From NCBI GenBank assembly GCA_965221705.1, contig OZ244908.1:2166354-2230353 (forward strand): DNA of 64,000 bases, read 5' to 3'. The stretch comes from Dehalococcoidia bacterium. Its GTDB lineage: Bacteria; Chloroflexota; Dehalococcoidia; Bin125. The first letter of the stretch is position 1; each line of letters starts with the position of its first letter. Shown one piece after another: positions 26,028 to 36,560 of the stretch. The notes below the pieces were generated by a model. The model made no database searches. It had not been told where the DNA came from and saw nothing but the letters and a program-made list of their open reading frames with translations. The translations under genes were made by a program, and so were the position numbers.

Positions 26028-26942
26028 CTAGATGCTTGGCGCCAGCGAAGACATGAACTCGCGAGTACGCTGACGTTCCTCAGCTGTTGCGCCCTCGAAG
26101 GCGGCGTAGAAATCGGTCACGCCGAGGTCTCGCCAGCGCAGCAATTCGCGCTCGACCTCCTCCTCGCTACCGACAATGGAGACGCCCGACGGATCGCTCG
26201 CGCCGGATCCCTCAATCACCCGTTGATATGAGGGCAACGTGTTGTACATCGCAAACGCGCGGCCGATCCGCTCACGCGTGGCGTCAGGGTCCGCTGTCAC
26301 AGCGATCGGCACGCCGGCGATGATGCGCGGATCGGGCTTGCCCGCTTCTCGCGCCGCGCCGCCCATCTCGGGAATCACGACCTCCTCGATCCACTTCGGC
26401 CCCGCCAGCCAAAGCGCCGTGCCATCTGCCAACCGACCCGTCACGCGCAGCATCTGCGGCCCGAGCGCGGCGACGACCACCGAGGGCGGCTCGCAATCGG
26501 GCAGATCGATCTGCGAGTGCACGCGAAACTCCTCGCCCTCGTAGTCGACCGCCTCTCCGCGCATCAGCGGCTGCAGCACCTCGAGATACTCGCGCATGTG
26601 TCGCACGACGTTGCTGAAGTCGAGCCCCCAGGAGCTCTCGATCACGATCTGGTGCGACAGCCCGAGCCCCAGGGTGAATCGACCGCCTGACGCGGCATTC
26701 GTCGCCAGCGCCTGCTGCGCCATCGCCACGGGATGTCGCGTATAGGTTGGGACGACATAGGTGCCCAGCTCGATCTCCGAGGTCTCGCCCGCCGCCAGCG
26801 CCAAGACGGTCATCGCGTCGTGACCCATCGAGGGCAAGAAGGCGCCGGCGAATCCGTCAGCCTCAAGCTGTCGGATGGCGTCAATCTTGCCCTGCAGCGA
26901 GGCCGCAGTAGGCGGAGTCAGAATGCGCACAGAGAATTCCAA
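26028..26942 (-). CDS. LLM class F420-dependent (luciferase-like) oxidoreductase
   Basis: 304 aa; TIM-barrel LLM signatures (GFAGAFLPSMGHDAMTVLALAAG, FTLGLGLSHQ). Confidence 0.8.
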   Translation of the reverse strand: MEFSVRILTPPTAASLQGKIDAIRQLEADGFAGAFLPSMGHDAMTVLALAAGETSEIELGTYVVPTYTRHPVAMAQQALATNAASGGRFTLGLGLSHQIVIESSWGLDFSNVVRHMREYLEVLQPLMRGEAVDYEGEEFRVHSQIDLPDCEPPSVVVAALGPQMLRVTGRLADGTALWLAGPKWIEEVVIPEMGGAAREAGKPDPRIIAGVPIAVTADPDATRERIGRAFAMYNTLPSYQRVIEGSGASDPSGVSIVGSEEEVERELLRWRDLGVTDFYAAFEGATAEERQRTREFMSSLAPSI

Positions 26943-27033
26943 TCGCTATTGGCCCCAGTATCGCCGATCGACGACAACGGTCCGCGCGAAGATGGCTACC
27001 TTGGCGAGAGATCGTTGAGTGGAGTGTCGCCCC

Positions 27034-27954
27034 ATGCCGTCAGAAGAGTATGCCCAGGTCGTTGCAGCCATGCGCGAGGCCGCCGCCTCGATGATCGGTG
27101 GCGATCCTAGCGTCGAAGAGCAACGCGTGGCGCTTGAAACTGCGTTCGCCTTTCCGCTCGGTGATGACGTCAGCGTGCGGGAGGTCGACGCCAACGGCGT
27201 ACCCGGCGAATGGACGACCTTGCCCGACGCCGATCCGCAACGCCGACTGCTCTATGTGCACGGTGGTGGGTACGTCCTCGGCTCGACGAAGTCGCATCGC
27301 CGTCTGGTCGCCGACATCTGTCGCGCCGCTGGTTGCGTTGCGCTCAGTCTCGACTACCGTCTCGCGCCCGAACATCCCTTTCCCGCCGCGATCGACGATT
27401 CCCTGGCCGGATTGGAGTTCATTTGGAACAGCGGTCCCGACGGACCCGGCGAAGCGCGCTCCGTGTTTGTCGCCGGCGATTCGGCCGGCGGCGGGTTGAC
27501 GCTGTCGACGCTGATCGCAGCCCGTGATCGCGGCGCCCGGATGCCGACGGGCGGTGTCGGCATCTCACCATGGACCGACCTGGCCGCCAGTCCCGAGGAA
27601 CTGGCTCAATTCGGCCGCCAAGATCCCACGCTCCCCGACAACACGGTCGCGATCACTGCGTCACAGGGTTGGGCGGCAATGTACGCCGGCGAGACTCCGC
27701 GTACCGATCCACTCGTGTCGCCGTTGTTCGCTGACTACCGCGATCTTCCGCCCATGCTGCTACAAGCGGGCGCCGTCGAGATGATTTGCCGCGACACGAC
27801 GCGGGTCGCCGACCGTCCTCGTGCAGCAGGCGTCGACGTCGTTGAAGAGGTCTGGGACGACATGTTCCACGTCTGGCACGCGTTCGCGCCGATACTGCCC
27901 GAGGGCCAAGAGGCGATCGACCGCATCGGCGCCTGGATCCGAGAGCATGACTAA
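27034..27954 (+). CDS. alpha/beta hydrolase, hormone-sensitive-lipase-like esterase
   Basis: HGGGY oxyanion motif and GDSAGG nucleophile elbow; C-terminal catalytic D/H region. Confidence 0.8.
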   Translation: MPSEEYAQVVAAMREAAASMIGGDPSVEEQRVALETAFAFPLGDDVSVREVDANGVPGEWTTLPDADPQRRLLYVHGGGYVLGSTKSHRRLVADICRAAGCVALSLDYRLAPEHPFPAAIDDSLAGLEFIWNSGPDGPGEARSVFVAGDSAGGGLTLSTLIAARDRGARMPTGGVGISPWTDLAASPEELAQFGRQDPTLPDNTVAITASQGWAAMYAGETPRTDPLVSPLFADYRDLPPMLLQAGAVEMICRDTTRVADRPRAAGVDVVEEVWDDMFHVWHAFAPILPEGQEAIDRIGAWIREHD

Positions 27955-28400
27955 AGATGGACGATGTCCACGTCGCCCCAATGCTGCTGCAGAAACTCGG
28001 CTGCGAGTCGACGATGGCAATGCTCCGGTGACGCCTCACTGCAAAGCAGGACACCTTCGGCGATGAGCGCGCGGTCGAGCCGCTCGGCGACATGGCGCCG
28101 CTCAATCAGCGCCAGATACCGCTCGCGATACTCCCGCCAATCAATCTCACGAGCGCGCAGGCTGCTCAGCAGCTCGGTGGTCGGCGCCAGTTCAGGGAGG
28201 TGTGCGTAGTCCAGACCGCAAAGTCGATTGAGCAGAAACTGAAAGTCGCCGTCTGACTGCGAAACTTTGGCGAAGCCCGCCAGTTGCGAACTCGGCCGAG
28301 CACGCACATCGAGTACACGCGCCGCGCCTGAATGACCGAGTAAGTCGTCGAAGAATGTGCGCGCCGACTTGCGCGTGAAACCGATCGTGTAGAGCCGCAT
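27951..28400 (-). CDS. DUF488 family protein
   Basis: 149 aa; MRLYTIGFTRKSARTFFDDL ... LLCSEASPEHCHRRLAAEFL, characteristic of DUF488. Confidence 0.6.
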   Translation of the reverse strand: MRLYTIGFTRKSARTFFDDLLGHSGAARVLDVRARPSSQLAGFAKVSQSDGDFQFLLNRLCGLDYAHLPELAPTTELLSSLRAREIDWREYRERYLALIERRHVAERLDRALIAEGVLLCSEASPEHCHRRLAAEFLQQHWGDVDIVHL

Positions 28401-28430
28401 CGATCACACTCGCGTGACTCGCCGCGCCGC

Positions 28431-29795
28431 CTACGGATAGAACAGACGCTGCGCCTCTCGGCGGAGTTCGGCGCGGAAGTCCGGATGCGCGATCGCGATC
28501 AGCTCATCCGCCCGTTGACGCACCGTCTTGCCCAACAGCCGCGCAATCCCGTACTCCGTCACGACCGTGTCGGCGATGTCCCGCGGCACTGTCACGATCT
28601 GGCCAGGATCGAACTGAGCCATAATCGTCGAGATCGTGCCCGAACGATTGGTCGACGGCATCACTGTCACGTAGCGCCCTTTCGGCGCCAGGTATGCGCC
28701 CATCGCGAAGGCCAGATGGCCGCCGACCCCGGCGTACACCCGCGGGCCGATCGTGTGAACGCCGACCTGACCCGAGAGGTCGACGTTAAGCGCGCCATTG
28801 ATCGCGACGATGTTCTCGTTGCGCGCGATCTGTCGCGGATCGAGCAGATACTCGATGCTGTACGTCTCGAACGCGGGATTGCGATGCACGACGGCGTGTT
28901 CCTCCGGCGTGTTGCCGATCACTGTGGCGACGAACTTGTCTGGATGCGTGTCCGAGTACTTGCCCGTGATCACGCCGCGCTCGACCAGCGGCACGAGCCC
29001 CTCGACAGTCAGCTCCGCGAAGTAGGAGAGATTCTCTCGCTCGTCGAACGCCCCCAGTCGCGGCAACGCGCCCGTGTGCGATCCAACGCCGACCTGAATC
29101 GTGTCGCCGTCCCTGACCAGCTGGCTCACATAGTGGGCAATGCCAAGGTCCGTCTCGTTTGGCTCAGGATGCTCAAGGTTGACCACGACCGGCGAGTCGG
29201 CTGGCACGAAGCAATCAATCTCCGACACGTGCAGCCAGGAGTCGCCGAACGTCTCGATCACGTTGTCGTTCACCTCAGCGATCACCTTCGGCGCGCGCTT
29301 GGCCGAACTGACCCCATCCCACACCGACCCGCCCAGCGAGACGAATCCAGCATCGTTGGGCGGCGAGCAACGAATCTGCAACACGTCGACCGGCCACGCC
29401 TCGCCCTCATCGCGACCCGCGTCCCACGCCTTGTGAATTCCAACCAACCAGTACGGGTGATAGTCAGCCACGCGACTGTTGATCGCCTCGCGGTCGAACA
29501 GCGTGCCGAACTGCGGCGCGATGTGGAACGCGCTCATCATGTCCTCAGTAAACCAACCGGCGTCAGGCACGATCACGGCGCGCACCTCGACGCCTTTCAG
29601 CTCCTCCTTGCGCGCGGCCAGCGCCTCGAGGATCGGCAGCGACGCGTGCCCCGGCGGCATCCAGAGATGGTCGCCTGAGTTGAACATCGCCGCCGCCATC
29701 TCAGGCGTCGCCAGACGCTGCGCATAGACATCGCGCCAGTTGATGGTCGGATCGAATCGGGTGGTCCGTCGCCGGTGATACGGGGTCATCGTCAT
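28431..29795 (-). CDS. acetyl-CoA hydrolase/transferase family protein (4-hydroxybutyrate CoA-transferase-like)
   Basis: 454 aa; GIAHYVSQLVRDGDTIQVGVGSHTGAL and C-terminal transferase domain. Confidence 0.8.
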   Translation of the reverse strand: MTMTPYHRRRTTRFDPTINWRDVYAQRLATPEMAAAMFNSGDHLWMPPGHASLPILEALAARKEELKGVEVRAVIVPDAGWFTEDMMSAFHIAPQFGTLFDREAINSRVADYHPYWLVGIHKAWDAGRDEGEAWPVDVLQIRCSPPNDAGFVSLGGSVWDGVSSAKRAPKVIAEVNDNVIETFGDSWLHVSEIDCFVPADSPVVVNLEHPEPNETDLGIAHYVSQLVRDGDTIQVGVGSHTGALPRLGAFDERENLSYFAELTVEGLVPLVERGVITGKYSDTHPDKFVATVIGNTPEEHAVVHRNPAFETYSIEYLLDPRQIARNENIVAINGALNVDLSGQVGVHTIGPRVYAGVGGHLAFAMGAYLAPKGRYVTVMPSTNRSGTISTIMAQFDPGQIVTVPRDIADTVVTEYGIARLLGKTVRQRADELIAIAHPDFRAELRREAQRLFYP

Positions 29796-29897
29796 CGCGT
29801 GGCCTGCAGATTTCGGACAGGTAGACTCGCGATCAAGGTAACGCCGAGGGCCGCGCTACAGAAACACCAGCCCCTCGGCCGGCACAGGGAGACAGAC

Positions 29898-31085
29898 ATG
29901 GCAACCGACGGACGCATGGACTTCGGCATTTTCATGGCGCCATTTCACCGCGTCGGAGAGAATCCGTCGCTGGCGATTCACCGCGACCTCGAGTTAATCG
30001 AGTGGCTCGACCAGCTGGGCTACGACGAGGCCTGGATCGGCGAACATCACTCGGCCGGCTGGGAGCTGATCGCCTCCCCAGAAGTGTTCATCGCCGCTGC
30101 CGCAGAGCGCACAAGCAACATCCGACTCGGCACGGGCGTCGTCTCACTGCCTTATCACCACCCGCTGATGGCCGTTGACCGCATGATCCAGCTCGACCAC
30201 ATGACTCGCGGCCGGGCGATGATGGGCGTTGGCCCGGGCGCGCTCTCGTCTGACGCGCGGATGATGGGCATCGATCCACTTCTCCAGCGTCAGCGCATGG
30301 ACGAGTCGCTGCAGGCGATCTTCGCCCTGCTCAAGCAGGACGGACCGGTCAACATGAAGACTGACTGGTTCGAGCTGACCGACGCGCGACTACAGGTCTC
30401 GCCCTACACCAAGCCGCACTTCGAAATGGCCGTCGCCTCGACCGTCTCGCCCGCCGGACGCGTGGTCGCCGGCAAGTATGGGATGGGACTGCTCAGCATC
30501 GGTGTCTATCTGCCAGGCGGACGCTCCAACCTCGAGGGGCAATGGGTCGAGGTGGAGGAGGTCGCCGAGCGCGAAGGCCAGATCGTCGACCGCAACAAGT
30601 GGCGGCTCGTGATCCCGATGTACATCGCCGAAACGCGCGAGCAGGCCTTTGAGGAGTGCCGAGACGGCTGGCGCGCCTGGCAGCTCGACTACTTCCGCGA
30701 CACCCTGCAGGCGGTTCTGCCCGGCACAGCCGAGACGCCAGAAGGCGCCGTCGCGACCGGTGGCGCGATCATCGGTTCGCCCGACGATGCAATCAACGCG
30801 ATCGAGACGCTGCAGGAGAACTCAGGCGGCTTCGGCGGTCTGATGATGCTCGCTCACGAGTGGGCCAACCGCGACGGCATCCGCCGTTCCTACGAGCTCT
30901 TCGCGCGCTACGTCGCTCCGAAGTTCCAGGGCCAGCTCGCCTCGATCGAAGGCACGCAACAGTGGGTCGCCTCCGGCGGCGGCGCGGTTTCGTTCAGCCG
31001 CAACGACGTTCTCGCCAAGGCATTCCGCGACGCCGGCCAGGACGTCCCCGAGTTCCTCCAGGAACCAGCCGCAGCCTCAGATTAG
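29898..31085 (+). CDS. LLM class flavin-dependent oxidoreductase
   Basis: 395 aa from ATG 29898; MDFGIFMAPFH ... AWIGEHHSAGWELIASPEVFIAAAAERT. Confidence 0.8.
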   Translation: MATDGRMDFGIFMAPFHRVGENPSLAIHRDLELIEWLDQLGYDEAWIGEHHSAGWELIASPEVFIAAAAERTSNIRLGTGVVSLPYHHPLMAVDRMIQLDHMTRGRAMMGVGPGALSSDARMMGIDPLLQRQRMDESLQAIFALLKQDGPVNMKTDWFELTDARLQVSPYTKPHFEMAVASTVSPAGRVVAGKYGMGLLSIGVYLPGGRSNLEGQWVEVEEVAEREGQIVDRNKWRLVIPMYIAETREQAFEECRDGWRAWQLDYFRDTLQAVLPGTAETPEGAVATGGAIIGSPDDAINAIETLQENSGGFGGLMMLAHEWANRDGIRRSYELFARYVAPKFQGQLASIEGTQQWVASGGGAVSFSRNDVLAKAFRDAGQDVPEFLQEPAAASD

Positions 31086-31156
31086 GGCCATCAGCGGCGC
31101 TCAGCCGCTATAGCCACGCCATTGGCGCTCAGCCGCTGACGCCTGGCCAGCGGGGC

Positions 31157-32470
31157 TTAGCTGCTGTCTGCAGCTCGGTGGAAGGCGCGGCCGAGACGCT
31201 CTGCGGCGTCCTCGAGTGTTTGCGTCGGCGGCCAGGAGTATGCCAGTCGCAGCGATTCGCCGTCGTCGCCCGCGTTGCCGCGCGGATAGAAGCGATTGCC
31301 CGAGGCGAAGCTCAGCCCGTCTTCAGCGGCGAGATCGCGAACCGCGTCTCCCTCGAGACCGGCGCGCAGTTTGAGCCAGAGGAAGAATCCGCCCGATGGC
31401 TCAGCCAGCTCGAAGTACGGTTCGCCGTACTGATCAAGCGCTCCAGCGAGTGTTTTCGCCTTCAGCGAGTACAACTGCCGCATGCGCTCGACATGATCGC
31501 GAAAGTCACCGCGCACCATGTACTCGTGCAGCATCCGATGCAACAGCGGACTGTTACCCATGTCGAAACGCGCCGGCACCATCGCCTGAATCCAGTCCGG
31601 ACGCGCCTGCACCCAGCCGACCCGCAACCCCGTCGCTATCACCTTCGAGAACGTGCCCACCGTGAGCACGCCGTAGCCGTCAGCCAACTCCGACAACGTC
31701 GGCGGCGGTGGACCGTCGAAGTACAACTCCGAGTACGCGTGGTCTTCCATCAGCAAAACTTGACGCCGCGCGGCCAACTCGATCAGGTCGAGCCGACGCT
31801 GCAGCGTCATCGTCAAACCGGTGGGATTGTGGAAGCTCGGTTGCGTGTAGATCAGCTTGACCCGTTCACCCTCAGATTCAAGCCGATCGAGCGTGATTTC
31901 CAGTTCGTCCAGTTTGATGCCCTCGTCATCCATCCCGACGCCGAGCACCTTCGCCTGTTTGCCGCGCATCGTGCGAAGCGATCCGGCGAATGTCGGCACC
32001 TCAGTGATCACGATGTCGCCAGGATCGAGGAACGCGGCGCAGATCGACTCGATCGCGCCCGCAGCGCCATTGGTCAGCAGATACCAGTCAGCAGATGGGT
32101 TGGACGGATGATTGCGCGCAAAGAAGCTCGCGATCTCTTCACGCAGCGGCGTGAACCCCTGCGGACCGCCGTAGACCAGCGGCGCGTCGCCCGGATGCTC
32201 AAGCACGCGCCCCATCGCGGCCAAGAGTTCGGCTCGAGGCTGCGTTTCGGCATCGGGAATGCCGCCGCCCAACGAAATCGGCGGCAGTTCACTCGTCGGC
32301 GCCCGCTCCGAGAGTCCCCACGCAGTGGCCGTTCCCGCCGTCATACCCCGCGTTGCGGTGTTGGCCGTGTGCAGTGCGGGAAAGCTGTCCCAGGCGTCGC
32401 GAGCGGCGTCAACGGCGCGACTGGCCTGCGGCGCGAGCGGCTGGTCGGGGGCGACAGAGCGTTCGGTCAT
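31157..32470 (-). CDS. PLP-dependent aminotransferase (class I/II fold, 2-aminoadipate/MocR-catalytic-domain-like)
   Basis: 437 aa; SFHNPTG and TFSKVIATGLRVGW (PLP-Lys region). Confidence 0.8.
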   Translation of the reverse strand: MTERSVAPDQPLAPQASRAVDAARDAWDSFPALHTANTATRGMTAGTATAWGLSERAPTSELPPISLGGGIPDAETQPRAELLAAMGRVLEHPGDAPLVYGGPQGFTPLREEIASFFARNHPSNPSADWYLLTNGAAGAIESICAAFLDPGDIVITEVPTFAGSLRTMRGKQAKVLGVGMDDEGIKLDELEITLDRLESEGERVKLIYTQPSFHNPTGLTMTLQRRLDLIELAARRQVLLMEDHAYSELYFDGPPPPTLSELADGYGVLTVGTFSKVIATGLRVGWVQARPDWIQAMVPARFDMGNSPLLHRMLHEYMVRGDFRDHVERMRQLYSLKAKTLAGALDQYGEPYFELAEPSGGFFLWLKLRAGLEGDAVRDLAAEDGLSFASGNRFYPRGNAGDDGESLRLAYSWPPTQTLEDAAERLGRAFHRAADSS

Positions 32471-32561
32471 CAGGGACTCCGGAAGGTCGACGACGCGGTC
32501 GACGGCGACAATGGTGTGCTCAGCTTAGGCGAGCCTAGAGCTTCAGTTGTAGGCTGCCCGC

Positions 32562-33605
32562 ATGAGCTCGGAGATTCTGCTCGGCGTGCTCGATCAGATT
32601 CCGATTCGCGACGGCGGGTCGGCCGCCACCGCGATCGACGAGACCTTTCAGCTGGCTCAGTTCTGCGACCGACTCGGCTACTCGCGCTACTGGTTGGCCG
32701 AACACCACAATGCCGGGTCGCTCGCCTGCGCGTCGCCCGAGGTGTTGATCCCGCAGGTCGCCTCGCGCACATCGCAAATTCGCGTCGGCTCCGGCGGCAT
32801 CATGCTGCCTCATTACAGCTCGCTCAAAGTGGCCGAGAACTTCCGCACGATGACGACCCAGTTCCCCGGTCGTATTGACTTGGGTGTCGGCCGCGCTCCA
32901 GGTTCCGACGGTCGCACCGCTCGCGCGCTCGTGCACGGACCAGGCGCGCTCGGCATCGACCATTTCCCAGAACAGCTACTCGATCTCTACGGTTGGCTGG
33001 CCGACGATCTGCCGCCCGATCATCAGTATCGCGAGGTGCGCGCTGCGCCGCCGGACGCGCCGATGCCCGAGCTCTGGCTGTTGGGCTCATCGCACTACGG
33101 CGGACACGTCGCCGCCGAGCTCGGTTGGTCGCACTGCTTCGCCCATTTCATCTCGCCCGAAGGCGGTGAGCAGGTGGTGCGCAAGTACCGCGAGCGGTTT
33201 CAACCGTCGCCGGTGAGCGATGAGCCACGCGCCTCGCTAGGCGTTTCAGTCACCGTCGCCGAGACCGACGAAGAGGCCGAGCAGCTGTGTTGGAGCCGCT
33301 GGTGTTGGCGAATCAAGGGCAATCGCGGGGCCCGCGGCGGCATTCCCTCCGTCGAAGAGGCGATGAACTTCCCCTACTCCCAGCCCGAGCTCGACTACAT
33401 CAGCTACATGCAGAACCGCAGCATCCACGGTTCGCCGCAGCGCGTCCGCGAACAGCTTGAACAGCTGGCAACGTCCTACGACGTCGACGAGTTCATCGTG
33501 CTCACGATTACCTACGACTTCGCCGCGCGGCTGCGTTCCTACGAGCTGCTCGCTGATGTGTTCGAGCTCCCTCGGCCGCAGTTCACTGAAGCGGCGGCTG
33601 ATTGA
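32562..33605 (+). CDS. LLM class flavin-dependent oxidoreductase (MsnO8-like)
   Basis: 347 aa; LGVLDQIPIRDG ... YSRYWLAEHHNAGSLACASPEVLI. Confidence 0.8.
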   Translation: MSSEILLGVLDQIPIRDGGSAATAIDETFQLAQFCDRLGYSRYWLAEHHNAGSLACASPEVLIPQVASRTSQIRVGSGGIMLPHYSSLKVAENFRTMTTQFPGRIDLGVGRAPGSDGRTARALVHGPGALGIDHFPEQLLDLYGWLADDLPPDHQYREVRAAPPDAPMPELWLLGSSHYGGHVAAELGWSHCFAHFISPEGGEQVVRKYRERFQPSPVSDEPRASLGVSVTVAETDEEAEQLCWSRWCWRIKGNRGARGGIPSVEEAMNFPYSQPELDYISYMQNRSIHGSPQRVREQLEQLATSYDVDEFIVLTITYDFAARLRSYELLADVFELPRPQFTEAAAD

Positions 33606-35022
33606 TCAACGGCGTCGGATCGAGCCCCTGTTCTGCGAGCAAGTCAGCCGCAATCCTGAGCGCGGCCTCGTAACCGTGTTCGTCACGTCCCTCGACGACG
33701 ACGGTCAGCGCCGGTGTCGTGTTTGACGCGCGGATCAAACACCAGGCGCCGTCGACCTCCGCGTCCAAGTCGATGCGCGCGCCATCGATCTCGTTGACTG
33801 GCCAACGCTCACGGCATCGTCGAACTAACGCCGCCGCAACCTCGTGTTTGCGATCGTCGGCGCAAGCGATCTTCACTTCGGGCGACGTATGGAACCGCGG
33901 AATCTGATCCAGGATCTCTTCAAGCTTCGTCGTCGCCGCGACCTGCGCGATCCGGCAGGCCGTACGCACCGCGTCGTCGCTGATGTGCGGTGGATCGCTC
34001 AAGCGATAGAAGTAGTGCGTTGAGGCCTCGCCGCCAAAGCTGATGCCTCGCTCCTGCATCGCATACTTGCCCAATGAGTGCCCGACCGGACCAAATGCGG
34101 GCCGACCGCCAAGCCGCTCGATGTGTTCACAGACTGCCAGCGATGACTTGACATCCACTTGAATCACCGCGCCTGGATGCTGGGCGAGCCAGTCTTCAGC
34201 CAAGAGCGCCAATACCTGGTCGGGCGGAACGCGCCAACCGCGTCCGTCGACCAACCCCAACCGGTCACCATCGCCGTCAAAGGCGAAACCAAGCTCAGCA
34301 TTCGAGTCACGCACCAGAGCCGCCAACTGCGTCACATTCGAGGCATGCTGCGGATCCGCGGGATGCGGCGGGTTCGGCTCGTCTGGGTCGTCGTTGATCG
34401 CGATGACCTCTGCGCCAATCGCCGTGAGCGCGCCGGGCGCAGTCAACGCGGCGACGCCGTTCCCCGGGTCGATGGCAACAGGAAACGCGCGGGTCAACTG
34501 GTGCGCATCGCCAAGTTCACGCCAGTAGTCAGGCTTGGGATCCCAGAAGGAGCGCTCACCGCTGCCACGGGCTCTCATCTGGCCGCTCTCGATCGCGTCG
34601 GCGACCTCTTGAATCGACTCAGGCCGCAGCGGCATACCGCCCGGTTCGAGCAGCTTGATGCCGTTGTCCTCGGGTGGATTGTGCGATGCCGTGATCACGG
34701 CGCCTGCTGTTGGACGTTCCTGATCCAGGCGCGCCGCCGACCAATAGACGAGCGGCGATGTGGCGCGGCCGATGTCCACGACATCGACGCCTGAATCAAG
34801 AACGCCCTCGATGAGCGATCTCATCAACGACGGCGTCGACGTTCTCTGATCACCGCCAACGACTACTCGGCCCGTCGGACTGGGGCCGCGGCGCAGCCGC
34901 TGCGCATAGGCGCAACCCACTCGGTAAGCCAACTGTGACGTCAGCGGCGCGTCACTGCCCTCTGCGCGACCGCGGATGTCGTACGCGCGGAAGATTGATC
35001 GCGGGATATCGACAGTGGTCAT
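33583..35022 (-). CDS. phosphomannomutase/phosphoglucomutase (alpha-D-phosphohexomutase), copy 1 of tandem pair
   Basis: RAYDIRG N-terminal motif, active-site ITASHNPPEDNGIKL; start placed at MTTVDIP. Confidence 0.8.
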   Translation of the reverse strand: MTTVDIPRSIFRAYDIRGRAEGSDAPLTSQLAYRVGCAYAQRLRRGPSPTGRVVVGGDQRTSTPSLMRSLIEGVLDSGVDVVDIGRATSPLVYWSAARLDQERPTAGAVITASHNPPEDNGIKLLEPGGMPLRPESIQEVADAIESGQMRARGSGERSFWDPKPDYWRELGDAHQLTRAFPVAIDPGNGVAALTAPGALTAIGAEVIAINDDPDEPNPPHPADPQHASNVTQLAALVRDSNAELGFAFDGDGDRLGLVDGRGWRVPPDQVLALLAEDWLAQHPGAVIQVDVKSSLAVCEHIERLGGRPAFGPVGHSLGKYAMQERGISFGGEASTHYFYRLSDPPHISDDAVRTACRIAQVAATTKLEEILDQIPRFHTSPEVKIACADDRKHEVAAALVRRCRERWPVNEIDGARIDLDAEVDGAWCLIRASNTTPALTVVVEGRDEHGYEAALRIAADLLAEQGLDPTPLINQPPLQ

Positions 35023-35076
35023 CAGTCCACAGACTAAGCAGGTGCAAGAACAACGCGAGGGAGTCAAACGCGAGGG

Positions 35077-36516
35077 TCAGGTGAGCAGTTGCGGACCAAT
35101 CGTCGGCGGATCGTCGAGTTGCGCTGTACCGCCGACTTGGGGATGTCTCGCAAGCGCCTCTGCAAGCTGCTCGGCAAGTCGACGGTACGTGTCCTCATTA
35201 CCCGCCTCAAAGCGCACACTCAGCGCCGGGGCCGTGTTCGATCCCCGAGCGTGAATCCATCCAGCTTCGAGCGACACTCGCGCACCGTCGCTACGGTCGA
35301 CACGCGCCTCTGAGTGACGCATTGCGAACCAGTCGCCGATCGCGTCGGCGACCTGGGTCTTGTCAGCATCCGGGCAGGGAAGTCGCAGCTCCGGCGAGAT
35401 CGGTCTTGGCTCAATCTCCGCCATTTCCTCCGACAACGTCCGACCGTTGGCGCTGAGCGACGCCACAAGCGCGCAGGCGGCGAAGACGCCGTCGTCGATC
35501 CAGGGCGCATGCTCGCCATCGCGATAGTCGGGACCGAACATGATGTGACCGCTGGTCTCGCCGCCAAAGGAGATCGCGCGCTCACGCATCAATCGGCGAA
35601 AGAACGAGTAGCCCGTCCGCGCCAACACTGGCTCGCCGCCGCGGAGGCGAACGTCCTCAATCGCGCTCGTGCTCGCCTTCATGTCAAACAGAATCTCGGC
35701 GCCCGAACGACGCTCAAGCAGCGGTCGCGCCAGCACCGCAGTCAGCCAGTCAGCCTCATAGCGTCGTCCGTGTTCGTCAAGCACGCCGATGCGGTCGCCA
35801 TCGCCGTCCCACGAGAGCCCCAACTCGGCGCCAATGGCGCGCGTCACTCGCGCGAGCGACCGCATCGATTCAGGATCCTGTGGATCAGCAGCGCGACCGT
35901 CTGTTGGTCGCGGAACGGTGCGAATGGCATGCAACTCGACGCCCAACGCGAGCAGCGCCCTGGGCGCGGTCAAGCCGGTCGTGCCATTGCCTGCGTCAAT
36001 CGCCACACGCAAGCCTGTGTCGCAGCGGAAACGTCGGCGCAGCAGTTCGAGATATGGTTCGATGACATCGAACTCGACGCAACCGCCGCGCAGTCGGCCT
36101 GAGCGCGGCCTGGTGCGTGCGACTTGCTGAATCTCCTCCGGCAACAGCGGCTGCGATCGCGAGCCGAGCAGCTTGAATCCGTTGAACTGCGGCGGATTGT
36201 GACTCGCCGTCACGATCAGTCCGCCTCCGAGTCTGAGTTGATCGACCATCCAGCCGATCACCGGCGTCGGCGCGAGCCCAGCCGCGTGTACGTCAATGCC
36301 GGCGCGCATAGCGCCATCGATCGCGGCCTCGTACAACTCGGTCGACGTCGCGCGTTGGTCATGACCAATGAGCAGCGAGTCGCCGCCTTGCGCTCGCAGC
36401 CATCGCGCGAAGCCATTGCCGATTCGCCCAGCGACGCCAGGATTAATCTGATCCGGAGTCGTGCCGCGAACATCGTACGCACGGATAATCTCACCAGGCA
36501 GTGCGTCCGACGACAT
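35077..36516 (-). CDS. phosphomannomutase/phosphoglucomutase, copy 2 of tandem pair
   Basis: 479 aa; IIRAYDVRG, VTASHNPPQFNGFKLL. Confidence 0.8.
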   Translation of the reverse strand: MSSDALPGEIIRAYDVRGTTPDQINPGVAGRIGNGFARWLRAQGGDSLLIGHDQRATSTELYEAAIDGAMRAGIDVHAAGLAPTPVIGWMVDQLRLGGGLIVTASHNPPQFNGFKLLGSRSQPLLPEEIQQVARTRPRSGRLRGGCVEFDVIEPYLELLRRRFRCDTGLRVAIDAGNGTTGLTAPRALLALGVELHAIRTVPRPTDGRAADPQDPESMRSLARVTRAIGAELGLSWDGDGDRIGVLDEHGRRYEADWLTAVLARPLLERRSGAEILFDMKASTSAIEDVRLRGGEPVLARTGYSFFRRLMRERAISFGGETSGHIMFGPDYRDGEHAPWIDDGVFAACALVASLSANGRTLSEEMAEIEPRPISPELRLPCPDADKTQVADAIGDWFAMRHSEARVDRSDGARVSLEAGWIHARGSNTAPALSVRFEAGNEDTYRRLAEQLAEALARHPQVGGTAQLDDPPTIGPQLLT

Positions 36517-36560
36517 ACGATCACTGTACGCGCGCTGTTGGACGCACCGTGTAGTCAGAG

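Noticed and set aside
30656-32878. 740-aa plus-strand ORF
   Set aside because: It runs antisense across the aminotransferase and into the LLM gene. It is extremely Arg-rich and low complexity. The sense-strand genes have clear PLP-enzyme and LLM motifs.
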